Assembly: GCA_903878115.1 (NCBI GenBank)
Contig: CAIRGO010000263.1
Span: 28,991 to 92,990 of the forward strand
Length of the DNA: 64,000 nt
Direction: 5' to 3'
From: Akkermansiaceae bacterium
GTDB taxonomy: Bacteria; Verrucomicrobiota; Verrucomicrobiia; Verrucomicrobiales; Akkermansiaceae
In this document: positions 48,008 through 56,542 of the stretch, one piece after another
Layout of the letters: the number at the start of each line of letters is the position of its first letter
Numbering within the stretch: the stretch's first letter is position 1
Position numbers and translations under genes: made by a program
Notes under the pieces: model-generated
What the model was told of the DNA's origin: nothing
The model's input: the letters and a program-made list of their open reading frames with translations, nothing else
The model's database searches: none

Positions 48008-49435
48008 TCAAGCAATCGTATGCTTCCAGCCTTTGCGATATTCTTTGTTGAGGAATTGATTCGCTTGTTCGTTGTTGGTGAAGCGCATTTTGGCTCCATC
48101 GTAGATGAGTTTTTCATTCATCTTGCCCACGCGCAGGGCGATGTTGCCGAGCAGGATCGATTCAGTAAAAGGTGCGGCGTAGGTGAAATTCGAACCTGGG
48201 GTGTTCCATGCTTTTTCGCCTTTCGCAGCGCGTTGCCAGTCCATGTATTGGCCGAAGTCGCCTTCGCCATCAGGATTGCGCTCTAACAATTGCGGTGGTT
48301 TGCTGAGAGGATTATTTTTCATTTCCTCTGGAGTTTGAATGATGCGCGCTTGGTTGCCGTAATCGCCCTCGACGAGAAGATCGTTTTTGGTGCCGAAGTA
48401 AATATTTCCACTTGCAGCGAGTTTGTGATCGGCAGCGAGTTTTTCTGGACGGCGCATGCGCTCGGCTGCGGGCACTTCTTTGCCGTCCTTGAGCAGTTTG
48501 CCTTCATACCAATAAATCACCAACTCGGGGCGCGGTTTTCCGTTAGGCAATTTTCCTGCGGGATATGTCCAACGGAAAATCGCACCTTTGGGAAATGTCT
48601 CTTTGGTGTGTCCGTAGATTTCTACGACTTCGATGCTGGATGGTAAGCCGGGATTCATGGACCAAAAAATACTATCCATGGTGTGGCAGGCCATGTCGGC
48701 CAGTGCGCCGCCGCCGAAGTCATACCAACCACGCCAAGCGAAGTCGTGATAAGTGCGATTTCCTTTATAAGGGCGCTCCGGTGCGCCGCCGAGCCAGACG
48801 TCCCAATCGAGATTTTCAGGAACTAGATCGGTGCCATCGGGACGTTCGATTCCTTGTGGCCAGATCGGGCGATTGGTGCAGCAATGAATCTCGGTGACGT
48901 CACCAAGCATGCCACTATTGACGTATTCATAAATTTCGCGATTGCCACCGTTAGAGTGCCCTTGATTGCCCATTTGCGTGGCCACTTTGAATTTGTTGAC
49001 ACCGGCCAAAAGTTGTCGCGCTTCCCATACAGTATGGACTAACGGTTTTTGCGTATAGCAATGTTTCCCAGCCTCCATGGCGAGCGCAGTGGGCAGATAA
49101 TGGTGATGGTCTGGGGTGGACACCATGATGGCATCAATGTTTTTCATCTCTTTCTCAAATAGAATCCGATAGTCTTGATAAAATCGGGAATCGGGCCAGA
49201 GTTTGGGTGCTCTGCCTTGTCGTTTGCTATCCACATCACAATGCGCAATCACGATGTCTCCCGCTTTATTTACGGCATCAATGTGAGCACCTCCCTTGCC
49301 GCCAGTGGCAATTAGCGCGATGCGCAGTTTGTCGCCTTTGTTCTGTGCGTGGAGAATGCTCGGAAATCCCAGTGCGCTAGCAGAAGCAGCGCTGGCGATT
49401 TTAAGAAAGGAACGACGGCTAGTATAAGGTGTCAT
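48008..49435 (-). CDS. Gfo/Idh/MocA family oxidoreductase with twin-arginine signal
   Basis: SRRSFLKIASAASASALG TAT signal. LRIALIATGGKGGAH Rossmann segment. EKPL-like motif YTQKPL. Confidence 0.85.
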   Translation of the reverse strand: MTPYTSRRSFLKIASAASASALGFPSILHAQNKGDKLRIALIATGGKGGAHIDAVNKAGDIVIAHCDVDSKRQGRAPKLWPDSRFYQDYRILFEKEMKNIDAIMVSTPDHHHYLPTALAMEAGKHCYTQKPLVHTVWEARQLLAGVNKFKVATQMGNQGHSNGGNREIYEYVNSGMLGDVTEIHCCTNRPIWPQGIERPDGTDLVPENLDWDVWLGGAPERPYKGNRTYHDFAWRGWYDFGGGALADMACHTMDSIFWSMNPGLPSSIEVVEIYGHTKETFPKGAIFRWTYPAGKLPNGKPRPELVIYWYEGKLLKDGKEVPAAERMRRPEKLAADHKLAASGNIYFGTKNDLLVEGDYGNQARIIQTPEEMKNNPLSKPPQLLERNPDGEGDFGQYMDWQRAAKGEKAWNTPGSNFTYAAPFTESILLGNIALRVGKMNEKLIYDGAKMRFTNNEQANQFLNKEYRKGWKHTIA

Positions 49436-49527
49436 AATGGTTTAATTGATTGCGCGTTTTACGAAGCAACAGACTGATACGCGATCAATGATGACGACAT
49501 TTCGAAAAAAGCGACATATTTTTCATC

Positions 49528-50958
49528 TCAGCGTTTGTAGAGTTTTTGCGCCTGATCCAAATAACGTGTGATATGATCAGTATTTTGCAACATGCCTTGA
49601 TCGAGGCGTTCTTTGAGTTTGATGTAATCGTCAAATACTCCACTTGTCTCGCGAGCACGGGTGATTTCAAACCAATCAAGGTAATCGCGGGCTCGTTCTG
49701 ATCGATGGGTCATCAATACGCGGCGCTCATCGAGCTCGTTGAGTTTTGTTGCGATATCGAATTTCTTTGCTGGTCTAACGATGGCCCGTAGCACCGCTTG
49801 ATAGTCTAACAATAAAGTGCGATACGAAGGGAAGCACCGATAACTGAGACGCACCAACGATTCCTCTGCATGGCGGATGCCGTAAATGCGGTCGCCCTCG
49901 GGAAGCGCGGCGAGTTCTTGCCATGAATTGATCTCGCGATCTAAGGCAATGCCTTCTTCGTTGCGAAAGCGTAGTTTCAATGCATCCGTTAGTGCGGCTT
50001 CGGTCTCCGCAATGGTCATGACTTCGCTGAGTGAATTGCGTGACTGGATGGCCATTTGCAGAGACCACCATTTTTCTAGGCTTTTGTTAGATAGATTCAG
50101 TCCAGGAAAATGCTTGCGCAGTAACAAGGGCATGTCGCCTCCGAATTTCGCGGATTCAGCGATGAATGAACGAAATGCTTCATGTCCTGATGGTTGCTCG
50201 AGTAACGCCATCATCAGCCCGCCAGCGGATACACGAAATGCGGCCCGCAAGGCGCTATCCGAATCATCGTATTCTTTTTGTGAAATATTGAGTAAATCTT
50301 CCAGATCAAAAAGTCCGCCCGCCTGAAACAACGCCTGATAGAGGCGTCGATCACTATTTCCACGTTTGAAAGCGAGAACTTCTGTTAGGCCTTCTACTAG
50401 CCACGGACGAACGAGCAATCGGTCTTCTAGTGGACCTGGCGGCATAGTGCGCAACGAGCGTTCATAGATCAATGCGGTAAGCACAGCGGAATGAAAGCGA
50501 TCATTTTCAATGCCGCGGGCGAGGTGGACATCGATGCGAAGTTTGAAGCCGTCTTCTCCGTATTGTAAATCCATTGCTAAGGTGCGCTTGGGCAGTGCAT
50601 CACCTTGTTTGCCGTGCATCACAATGATGATCGGAATTTTCCATTGATCTTGCTCTTTCGTGAGTTCCAGAAAATCGCTCTTTGCTTGCTCAGCAAGAAA
50701 GGAAATCGTGCTGCGAATCGAAGCTTCTGCGCCACTGATGTGGAATTGCATGGATCTGCTTTTGGTCACCTCTTGCCCTTTTTCAGAGCGCCATTCATTC
50801 GGTGCTACCGTTGTTGTCGTCGTAGGAGGAGGTGGTGTGGCGGGCACAGGTTTCACCTGCGCTGACAAAAGCGGGCTTAGGAAAATGATCGTTGTGATCA
50901 AATGTTTCACGTCCTGTATCATCGTTGATTTTCGCAGTATGACAAGCGTGCATTTCAC
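49528..50958 (-). CDS. Hypothetical secreted protein (476 aa)
   Basis: Its ATGA start overlaps the aroD stop, suggesting translational coupling. Hydrophobic N-terminus and a PPPPTTTTT linker. No family recognised. Confidence 0.6.
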   Translation of the reverse strand: MKCTLVILRKSTMIQDVKHLITTIIFLSPLLSAQVKPVPATPPPPTTTTTVAPNEWRSEKGQEVTKSRSMQFHISGAEASIRSTISFLAEQAKSDFLELTKEQDQWKIPIIIVMHGKQGDALPKRTLAMDLQYGEDGFKLRIDVHLARGIENDRFHSAVLTALIYERSLRTMPPGPLEDRLLVRPWLVEGLTEVLAFKRGNSDRRLYQALFQAGGLFDLEDLLNISQKEYDDSDSALRAAFRVSAGGLMMALLEQPSGHEAFRSFIAESAKFGGDMPLLLRKHFPGLNLSNKSLEKWWSLQMAIQSRNSLSEVMTIAETEAALTDALKLRFRNEEGIALDREINSWQELAALPEGDRIYGIRHAEESLVRLSYRCFPSYRTLLLDYQAVLRAIVRPAKKFDIATKLNELDERRVLMTHRSERARDYLDWFEITRARETSGVFDDYIKLKERLDQGMLQNTDHITRYLDQAQKLYKR

Positions 50959-51665
50959 GGCTGTGGACTTCGGTGGATCGCCTCACGCAATGCCGCCGCA
51001 GTCCATTGGCCAGGGGCGGTGGGTGCTTGGCCGATGTAACCGTAGTTCAATACGGAACCGGCATGGGCGCAGCGCACGCGCGATTCTGGCGCTAGTGCCC
51101 CCATGCCCATGGAGCTAATAAAATAATCGGTGCTCTGTTGTTGGAAGTGCTCAATCTTTGTGATGTCTGAGTGATCATGCAACATGACAGCGACTTTGAA
51201 AGCCGCAGCTCCCGCGTTGCGTGAGGATTCACGATGGGCGATGAGTTCATTTTCTGCAGGAACTTGGCTAAAATCATGAAATGAACAAATCCATGGAATC
51301 TGCAGTGATCGGCATCGAGCAATCGTGGCAGACATCTCGTCTAGCGAGCGTAGTTCAATATCGATTATCGAGGCGTCATCAATGATTGTGGCGATCAGTT
51401 GATCGCGATCCGTAGCAGAGAGGTCCAATTTTCCACCTTCGTCCTTCCGACGCGCTGTGAATAAAATTGGCATCTTGCGCAGGTGTGACCAAGGTTTTTC
51501 GGCAATGTTCGCGCCATGCGCGAGAAGAATATCAAGCCGAATCTCGATCAAGTCACAGGACTGGGCCACTTCGGAGTCATGAGCGTTTGTTAGATCCGTT
51601 AGGCTGCCAAAGCTGCCAACCACGAGTGGTGTTTGTGGTGAAAAGGTGACAATTGGTGGCTGCAT
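50955..51665 (-). CDS. aroD: Type I 3-dehydroquinate dehydratase
   Basis: CDLIEIRLD motif, SFHDF, and an AAAFKVAVM segment carrying the Schiff-base Lys. The size is typical. Confidence 0.8.
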   Translation of the reverse strand: MQPPIVTFSPQTPLVVGSFGSLTDLTNAHDSEVAQSCDLIEIRLDILLAHGANIAEKPWSHLRKMPILFTARRKDEGGKLDLSATDRDQLIATIIDDASIIDIELRSLDEMSATIARCRSLQIPWICSFHDFSQVPAENELIAHRESSRNAGAAAFKVAVMLHDHSDITKIEHFQQQSTDYFISSMGMGALAPESRVRCAHAGSVLNYGYIGQAPTAPGQWTAAALREAIHRSPQP

Positions 51666-51818
51666 TCGCGGTTAGATTGCTTCGTCCATTACACTTGTCA
51701 ACTCTGCAAATGCGGCGGCTTGTATTTACGTTGCAGAAATATTTTTCGCAAACTGAATTTTTGACTGGTCATCGGTAGGGCGATTTCTTAGTTGTTTAAA
51801 ACTCGCTGACACAATAAT

Positions 51819-52433
51819 ATGAAAAACTACAACTTTTTAAAATCCATTGCCTTCTGCGCATCCCTTGTCTGCGCAGGGCCATCATATTCCGCAGAATCAA
51901 AAGTAGATGCGGAAAAGCCAGTATTTGATGATCTTCTCTCTCCTGAATTTGGAGGATCTGAGCGGAAGCCGTTCAAGCCAAAAGAGTGGTTGGATATTGA
52001 AGCAAAAATCAAAGTGCAACTCTCTCCCGAGCCCAAGTCAAAAACAGCGGATGAGGTCGTGGTGAAGTGGTATGTTGCGGTGAAGAATCCTGAAAAAAGC
52101 GGTTATTTTTTACTGCTGACGAAAACCATCACGCACATCAACGTGCCATTGAATGAGGATATTTATACTTCTATTTACATGAGCCCTGCTTCCATCGTTC
52201 GTCTCACAGGTAACGCAAAAGGTGGCAAAAATGCCGTTGAATATGTCGGTTACGAAGTGCTCGTAGATGGGCAAGTGAAAATTTCTAAAACGGATAAAGG
52301 ACCAGATAACTGGTGGACAAAAAGTTCTGAGAAAATCAGCACTAGCGTTTCGGTGCCATTGCTTTCCAAAAACGAAACTCCTTTTGCAAACATGTGGTGG
52401 GATCGTTACGCGGAAGTGAAGCCTGAAAAATAA
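51819..52433 (+). CDS. Secreted hypothetical protein, first gene of the pilus-like cluster (positional equivalent of Amuc_1102)
   Basis: Signal peptide MKNYNFLKSIAFCASLVCAGPSYSA. It lies 70 nt upstream of the pilM-like gene on the same strand. The equivalence to Amuc_1102 is by gene order only. Confidence 0.55.
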   Translation: MKNYNFLKSIAFCASLVCAGPSYSAESKVDAEKPVFDDLLSPEFGGSERKPFKPKEWLDIEAKIKVQLSPEPKSKTADEVVVKWYVAVKNPEKSGYFLLLTKTITHINVPLNEDIYTSIYMSPASIVRLTGNAKGGKNAVEYVGYEVLVDGQVKISKTDKGPDNWWTKSSEKISTSVSVPLLSKNETPFANMWWDRYAEVKPEK

Positions 52434-52503
52434 TCTCACGCTCAGCTTGCCTCACCATTAAACAACCCTATTTTTTTACACTCGATTTTCCTACAAAACC
52501 ATT

Positions 52504-54375
52504 ATGGCTGAAAACCAGACAACTGTTACTCTCAACATCGGCTCACAGCGCGTATCCATGGCTGTGTTTGAAACTTCTAAGTCTGGAGGACTCGTTCTCA
52601 AGGCATACGAATCCACCGCCCTGCTTGCAGATCCCGCTACTGAATCGGTGCGTTTGCCGCAAACTCGCCTCGCGATCATGGAGCTTGTGCAAAAGCTAAA
52701 AGTCGGCAAAGCGAAAGTTCGCTACGCCGTTTCGGGCCAATCGGTCTTTACTCGTTTTGTTAAATTGCCACCTTTGGACAATGATAACATCGAGCAGTTG
52801 ATCACTTTTGAAGCTCAGCAGCAATTGCCATTCCCGATCGACACCGTTGTCTGGGATTATGAATTGTTAGAAGGTGGATCCGGAGAAAAAGAAGTGGCCC
52901 TAGTCGCCATCAAAGCGGATGCACTTGATGAAATCAATAGCTGCGTCACTAGCTCTGGCATGACCACAGCGGAGATCGATGTCGCGCCGATGGCATTATA
53001 CAATGCGTTTCGTAATGCCTACGCGGACGTAACGGAACCAGTGTTATTGATCGATGTTGGTGCTAAGACGAGCAATTTGCTTTACATGGAAGGCAAGCGT
53101 TTTTTCACACGCAGTATTCCTGTGGGTGGTGCTTCTTTGACCACCGCGATTGCGAAGGAGTATGGCATCAATTTTGCCGAAGCCGAAGGGCAAAAAGTCA
53201 CCAATGGTATCGTCACTCTCGGTGGCGGTCACACTGAGCACCTCGATGAAGCGGTCGCTGCCTTAGGCACTGTCATTCGTAATGCTCTGACCAGACTTCC
53301 TACGGAAATTGCGCGCACTACAAACTTCTATCGTAGTAACCACGGTGGCAATGCGCCTCGCCGCATCGTCCTTGCAGGTGGTGGTGCGAACTTGCCCTAT
53401 GCAAAAGAATTTTTTGAAGAGAAACTCGGCTTGCCAGTTGAGTATTTCAATCCGATGCGCAATGTGATGGTGGGCAAAAATGTTTCGCCAGAAGTGATTC
53501 AAAAAGAAGCGCACATGATGGGCGAACTCATCGGCCTCGGACTGCGAGGTGTCGGGAAATCTTCGATCAATATCGATCTCGTGCCTGCCAGTGTGGAATC
53601 AGATCGTGCTTCTGAAAAACGTCGCCCGATCTTGATTGCTTCCGCCGCGTTGCTGATTGCTGGTTTCGGTGTTTTTGCTTACTTTAAAAATTCTGCCGCA
53701 TCGGCAGCCGAAGAAAAATTAGCAGAAGTCACCGCCAAAAAAGACGAACTCTCTGTTACCGCAAAACCGATTCAGAAATTGCTAAAAACGGAAGAAGCGA
53801 TTCAAAAAATTGCAAAATCTTACGTCGCCTGCAAGGAAGATCAGGCGTTCTGGATCGGCATGTTGGCTGATTTAAAAACGAACTTCGCCAGCGATAACGA
53901 GTGGATTACTGATTTGGAGCCACTGGCGAATTATGACCCGTCCAAGCCCGCCGACGCAAAAGGAAATGGCGAGAGCATCGTGAAAGAAGAGATCGGAGCT
54001 ACCTATGGAACTTCTTCACTGAATACTGCGAAAGAGGCCAAACCTGAAGAGGGCGCCGCACCAAGAGTTCCCGTTCGACCAAGCCAACCAGTCGTTGCTG
54101 CTGCTCCTAGCGGCGCTGCCAATGCTGTGCGTATTAGAGGATTATGGCGCGATAACGTCGACAAGCAAAACGTCGTCAACAAGCTCATCAAAGCATTGCG
54201 TGATAGCGATTCACCCTACTTTAATTTCATGACCAAAGATGCTGAGGGTAAAGAATTGCCACTTAAAGACGAACAAATTATCAAAAAGTTACAAGCCACA
54301 GCAGAAGAAGATGCTGAATATGCTTGGCCGTATGAAATCGTTATCCCCTTGTCTCGTCCAGTGTTATCCCGCTAA
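52504..54375 (+). CDS. pilM: PilM-like actin-fold ATPase fused to a TM/PilN-like segment and a long C-terminal extension
   Basis: The N-terminal ~350 aa matches PilM (LNIGSQRVSMAVFE, FEAQQQLPFPIDTVVWDYELL, IDVAPMALYNAF, LLIDVGAKTSNL, LAGGGANLPY). It is followed by the TM helix ILIASAALLIAGFGVFAYF, a coiled-coil, and a Pro/Ala-rich tail. Confidence 0.8.
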   Translation: MAENQTTVTLNIGSQRVSMAVFETSKSGGLVLKAYESTALLADPATESVRLPQTRLAIMELVQKLKVGKAKVRYAVSGQSVFTRFVKLPPLDNDNIEQLITFEAQQQLPFPIDTVVWDYELLEGGSGEKEVALVAIKADALDEINSCVTSSGMTTAEIDVAPMALYNAFRNAYADVTEPVLLIDVGAKTSNLLYMEGKRFFTRSIPVGGASLTTAIAKEYGINFAEAEGQKVTNGIVTLGGGHTEHLDEAVAALGTVIRNALTRLPTEIARTTNFYRSNHGGNAPRRIVLAGGGANLPYAKEFFEEKLGLPVEYFNPMRNVMVGKNVSPEVIQKEAHMMGELIGLGLRGVGKSSINIDLVPASVESDRASEKRRPILIASAALLIAGFGVFAYFKNSAASAAEEKLAEVTAKKDELSVTAKPIQKLLKTEEAIQKIAKSYVACKEDQAFWIGMLADLKTNFASDNEWITDLEPLANYDPSKPADAKGNGESIVKEEIGATYGTSSLNTAKEAKPEEGAAPRVPVRPSQPVVAAAPSGAANAVRIRGLWRDNVDKQNVVNKLIKALRDSDSPYFNFMTKDAEGKELPLKDEQIIKKLQATAEEDAEYAWPYEIVIPLSRPVLSR

Positions 54376-54414
54376 ATCCCCCCTAACAAAAATCAATTAT
54401 TTTTTCTATTTATT

Positions 54415-55404
54415 ATGACAGCTAAGGACAAAAGTTTTATCGGCATTCTGGCAGGAGTCACCGTGGTCTGCGTGGGCGGCTTGTATTATTGGGCCAGTCA
54501 GAGTGACTCCCGTTACGATGCAGCTAAAGAAGGTTACACCAATGTGACGAGCGAAATAGCAGAGATGGAAGTTATTCCACTATTTCCTACGGAAAAAAAC
54601 AAAGTTGAGAAGCAAAAAGCGCTCGATGACTACAAGGCTGATGCCACGCAACTGGCAGAGAAATTAAAAGCATTTCGCCCAAAAGAGATCAAGAATACTG
54701 ATCCGCAAACATTCACCGATGCCTTGGTGAAAATGGCTGCTGACACGAAAGCTGCCTACACTGCACAAGGCTTACTTGTTGATGCCATCCCTAAAGGCTT
54801 TTATCTTGGATTCGAGTCCTACACCAATACCCCTGCTCAACAAGGAGCCACGGGAGTTCTTGCTTATGAGTTAGCCGCTATCGCAGAAATGCATGGCGTT
54901 CTGGCATCCGCCAAGCCTGCAAAGTTGTTGAATTTTTATCGTCAATCATTAGGTGAGGAAACAGGCAAGGCTTATACCGCTGATAAAGGTGCTGCCTATC
55001 GCGCGCTGCCAGTGGAGATTGCGTTCAGCGGGTCAGAGAAATCACTGCGCGGATTTATCAATGGACTGAACTCATCAAAAAAATATTTTTATCTCATTCG
55101 CAGTCTGCGCATTATGAATGAAAAACAAACTGGTCCGAAAGCATCAGATGTGCAGTTCGATACTGCTAAGGCCGCCGCTCCAGGTGGTGCCGTTGGTGGC
55201 GGGGTGTTTGGCGAAGGTTCTGCATTCGTGCTTCCTTCCGAGGAGCCTGCCGCACCTGCTGGTGATAAACCAGCGGAAGTTAAACCAGAAGAAAAATCAA
55301 AAAGCACGGAGCAAATTCTTAAACAAGTGCTCGGTAGTGAAAACATTGAAGTGTTTTTACGCATCGATATCTTGCTCTTTGAGGGAGATGTAGTCATTCC
55401 TTAA
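54415..55404 (+). CDS. Amuc_1100-like (PilO-like) membrane-anchored protein
   Basis: N-terminal TM helix, coiled-coil, and the segments LGFESYTNTPAQQGATGVLAYELAAI, LPVEIAFSGSEKSLRGFINGLN and YFYLIRSLRIMNEK. There is a Pro/Ala-rich linker and a C-terminal VFLRIDILLF. These parallel the Akkermansia Amuc_1100 sequence as I remember it. Confidence 0.7.
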   Translation: MTAKDKSFIGILAGVTVVCVGGLYYWASQSDSRYDAAKEGYTNVTSEIAEMEVIPLFPTEKNKVEKQKALDDYKADATQLAEKLKAFRPKEIKNTDPQTFTDALVKMAADTKAAYTAQGLLVDAIPKGFYLGFESYTNTPAQQGATGVLAYELAAIAEMHGVLASAKPAKLLNFYRQSLGEETGKAYTADKGAAYRALPVEIAFSGSEKSLRGFINGLNSSKKYFYLIRSLRIMNEKQTGPKASDVQFDTAKAAAPGGAVGGGVFGEGSAFVLPSEEPAAPAGDKPAEVKPEEKSKSTEQILKQVLGSENIEVFLRIDILLFEGDVVIP

Positions 55405-55439
55405 TTTACCTAACAAATTTCTAACACAATATTTCATTT

Positions 55440-56534
55440 ATGAAAAAAAATCACGATAAAGCACTTCTCGCCGGCGCCCTAGTGGTGGCTGCTGGCATCG
55501 CTTACCTCGGCTATGCAAAAACGACTTCGGTTGAGGAAGAATTTGTATTTTCTAGCTCAGGTTCTGGCAAAAATGACACCTCTGTTGCTGGTGCGGTTGT
55601 TCTCAAAGAGACTCTCGCCACAGTGACAACGCCACTTCAGTTGGAACAGGCTGAGGTTGGTGACAGCAAACGTCCCGTGGACCTTTTTGTCGGTGTAGCA
55701 CTTTTTGCGAAAAAGCCTGCTGGTGGCGGCACGGCGGTGCCAGTTGATTTGATCAAGGGCGAAATGGTTCACCCACCAATTCCTAATAGCTGGTGGTTGG
55801 ATAACGGCATTGATCCCGGGTTTGCAGATTCTCCAGCGCGTGATGCTGACAATGATGGCTTTTCTAACCAAGAAGAGTTTGAAGCCAAAACCAATCCTGC
55901 GGATGCGAAGTCTTTTCCTGGCCTGATAACGAAATTAGCCTTCGTTAAAGATGAATCCATCGGTTTCTTCTTGTGGTTTTCAAGTGCCCTTGGTCCAGAA
56001 AAATACCAATTCAAAATCACAGCTTTGCCACCTGTTTTTGAAAGCGCTAATCCTGCACAGCAAGAGGCGTTTCTCAGCCGATCGGATCTTGTCTATGTTC
56101 GCACTAAGGATTACATCGGCTCTAGTTCGAATATTTTTACCGAAGGCTTCGCCAAGGATCGTTTTCTCTTAAAATCGGTGGTTTCCAAAGAAGTGACGAA
56201 TGCGAGAACCAATCTAACAACCACCAATGAATTCGCAACAATCGAAGATTTGAGTGAAAACAAAAAAGGGACCACTTTTGAAATTCCGAAAACACCAAAC
56301 TCCGCCGCGCGCCCTGGCACTGTTCGTTATGATCGCACTGCGGTGTTGAACTTGAATGCTGTTGGTGAGTCAGGCAAAGATTTCAAAGTGAAGGAAAATA
56401 CCTCTTTCTCTCTGCCTGATGGCAAGCCAGAAAAAAATTATCTTCTCAAATCAATCACCCGCGACAGCATCACTGTAGAATACAAAGATGCCTCGGGAGC
56501 AACTCAAACCATCGAAATTAAGAAAAAATCATAA
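55440..56534 (+). CDS. N-terminally anchored hypothetical protein with DxDxDG calcium-binding-like motif (positional equivalent of Amuc_1099)
   Basis: TM helix ALLAGALVVAAGIAYLGY. DADNDGFSNQEE (55842..55877) resembles a thrombospondin type 3 / EF-like Ca loop. The gene sits between the Amuc_1100-like gene and the secretin. Confidence 0.55.
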   Translation: MKKNHDKALLAGALVVAAGIAYLGYAKTTSVEEEFVFSSSGSGKNDTSVAGAVVLKETLATVTTPLQLEQAEVGDSKRPVDLFVGVALFAKKPAGGGTAVPVDLIKGEMVHPPIPNSWWLDNGIDPGFADSPARDADNDGFSNQEEFEAKTNPADAKSFPGLITKLAFVKDESIGFFLWFSSALGPEKYQFKITALPPVFESANPAQQEAFLSRSDLVYVRTKDYIGSSSNIFTEGFAKDRFLLKSVVSKEVTNARTNLTTTNEFATIEDLSENKKGTTFEIPKTPNSAARPGTVRYDRTAVLNLNAVGESGKDFKVKENTSFSLPDGKPEKNYLLKSITRDSITVEYKDASGATQTIEIKKKS

Positions 56535-56542
56535 TAATTTCC

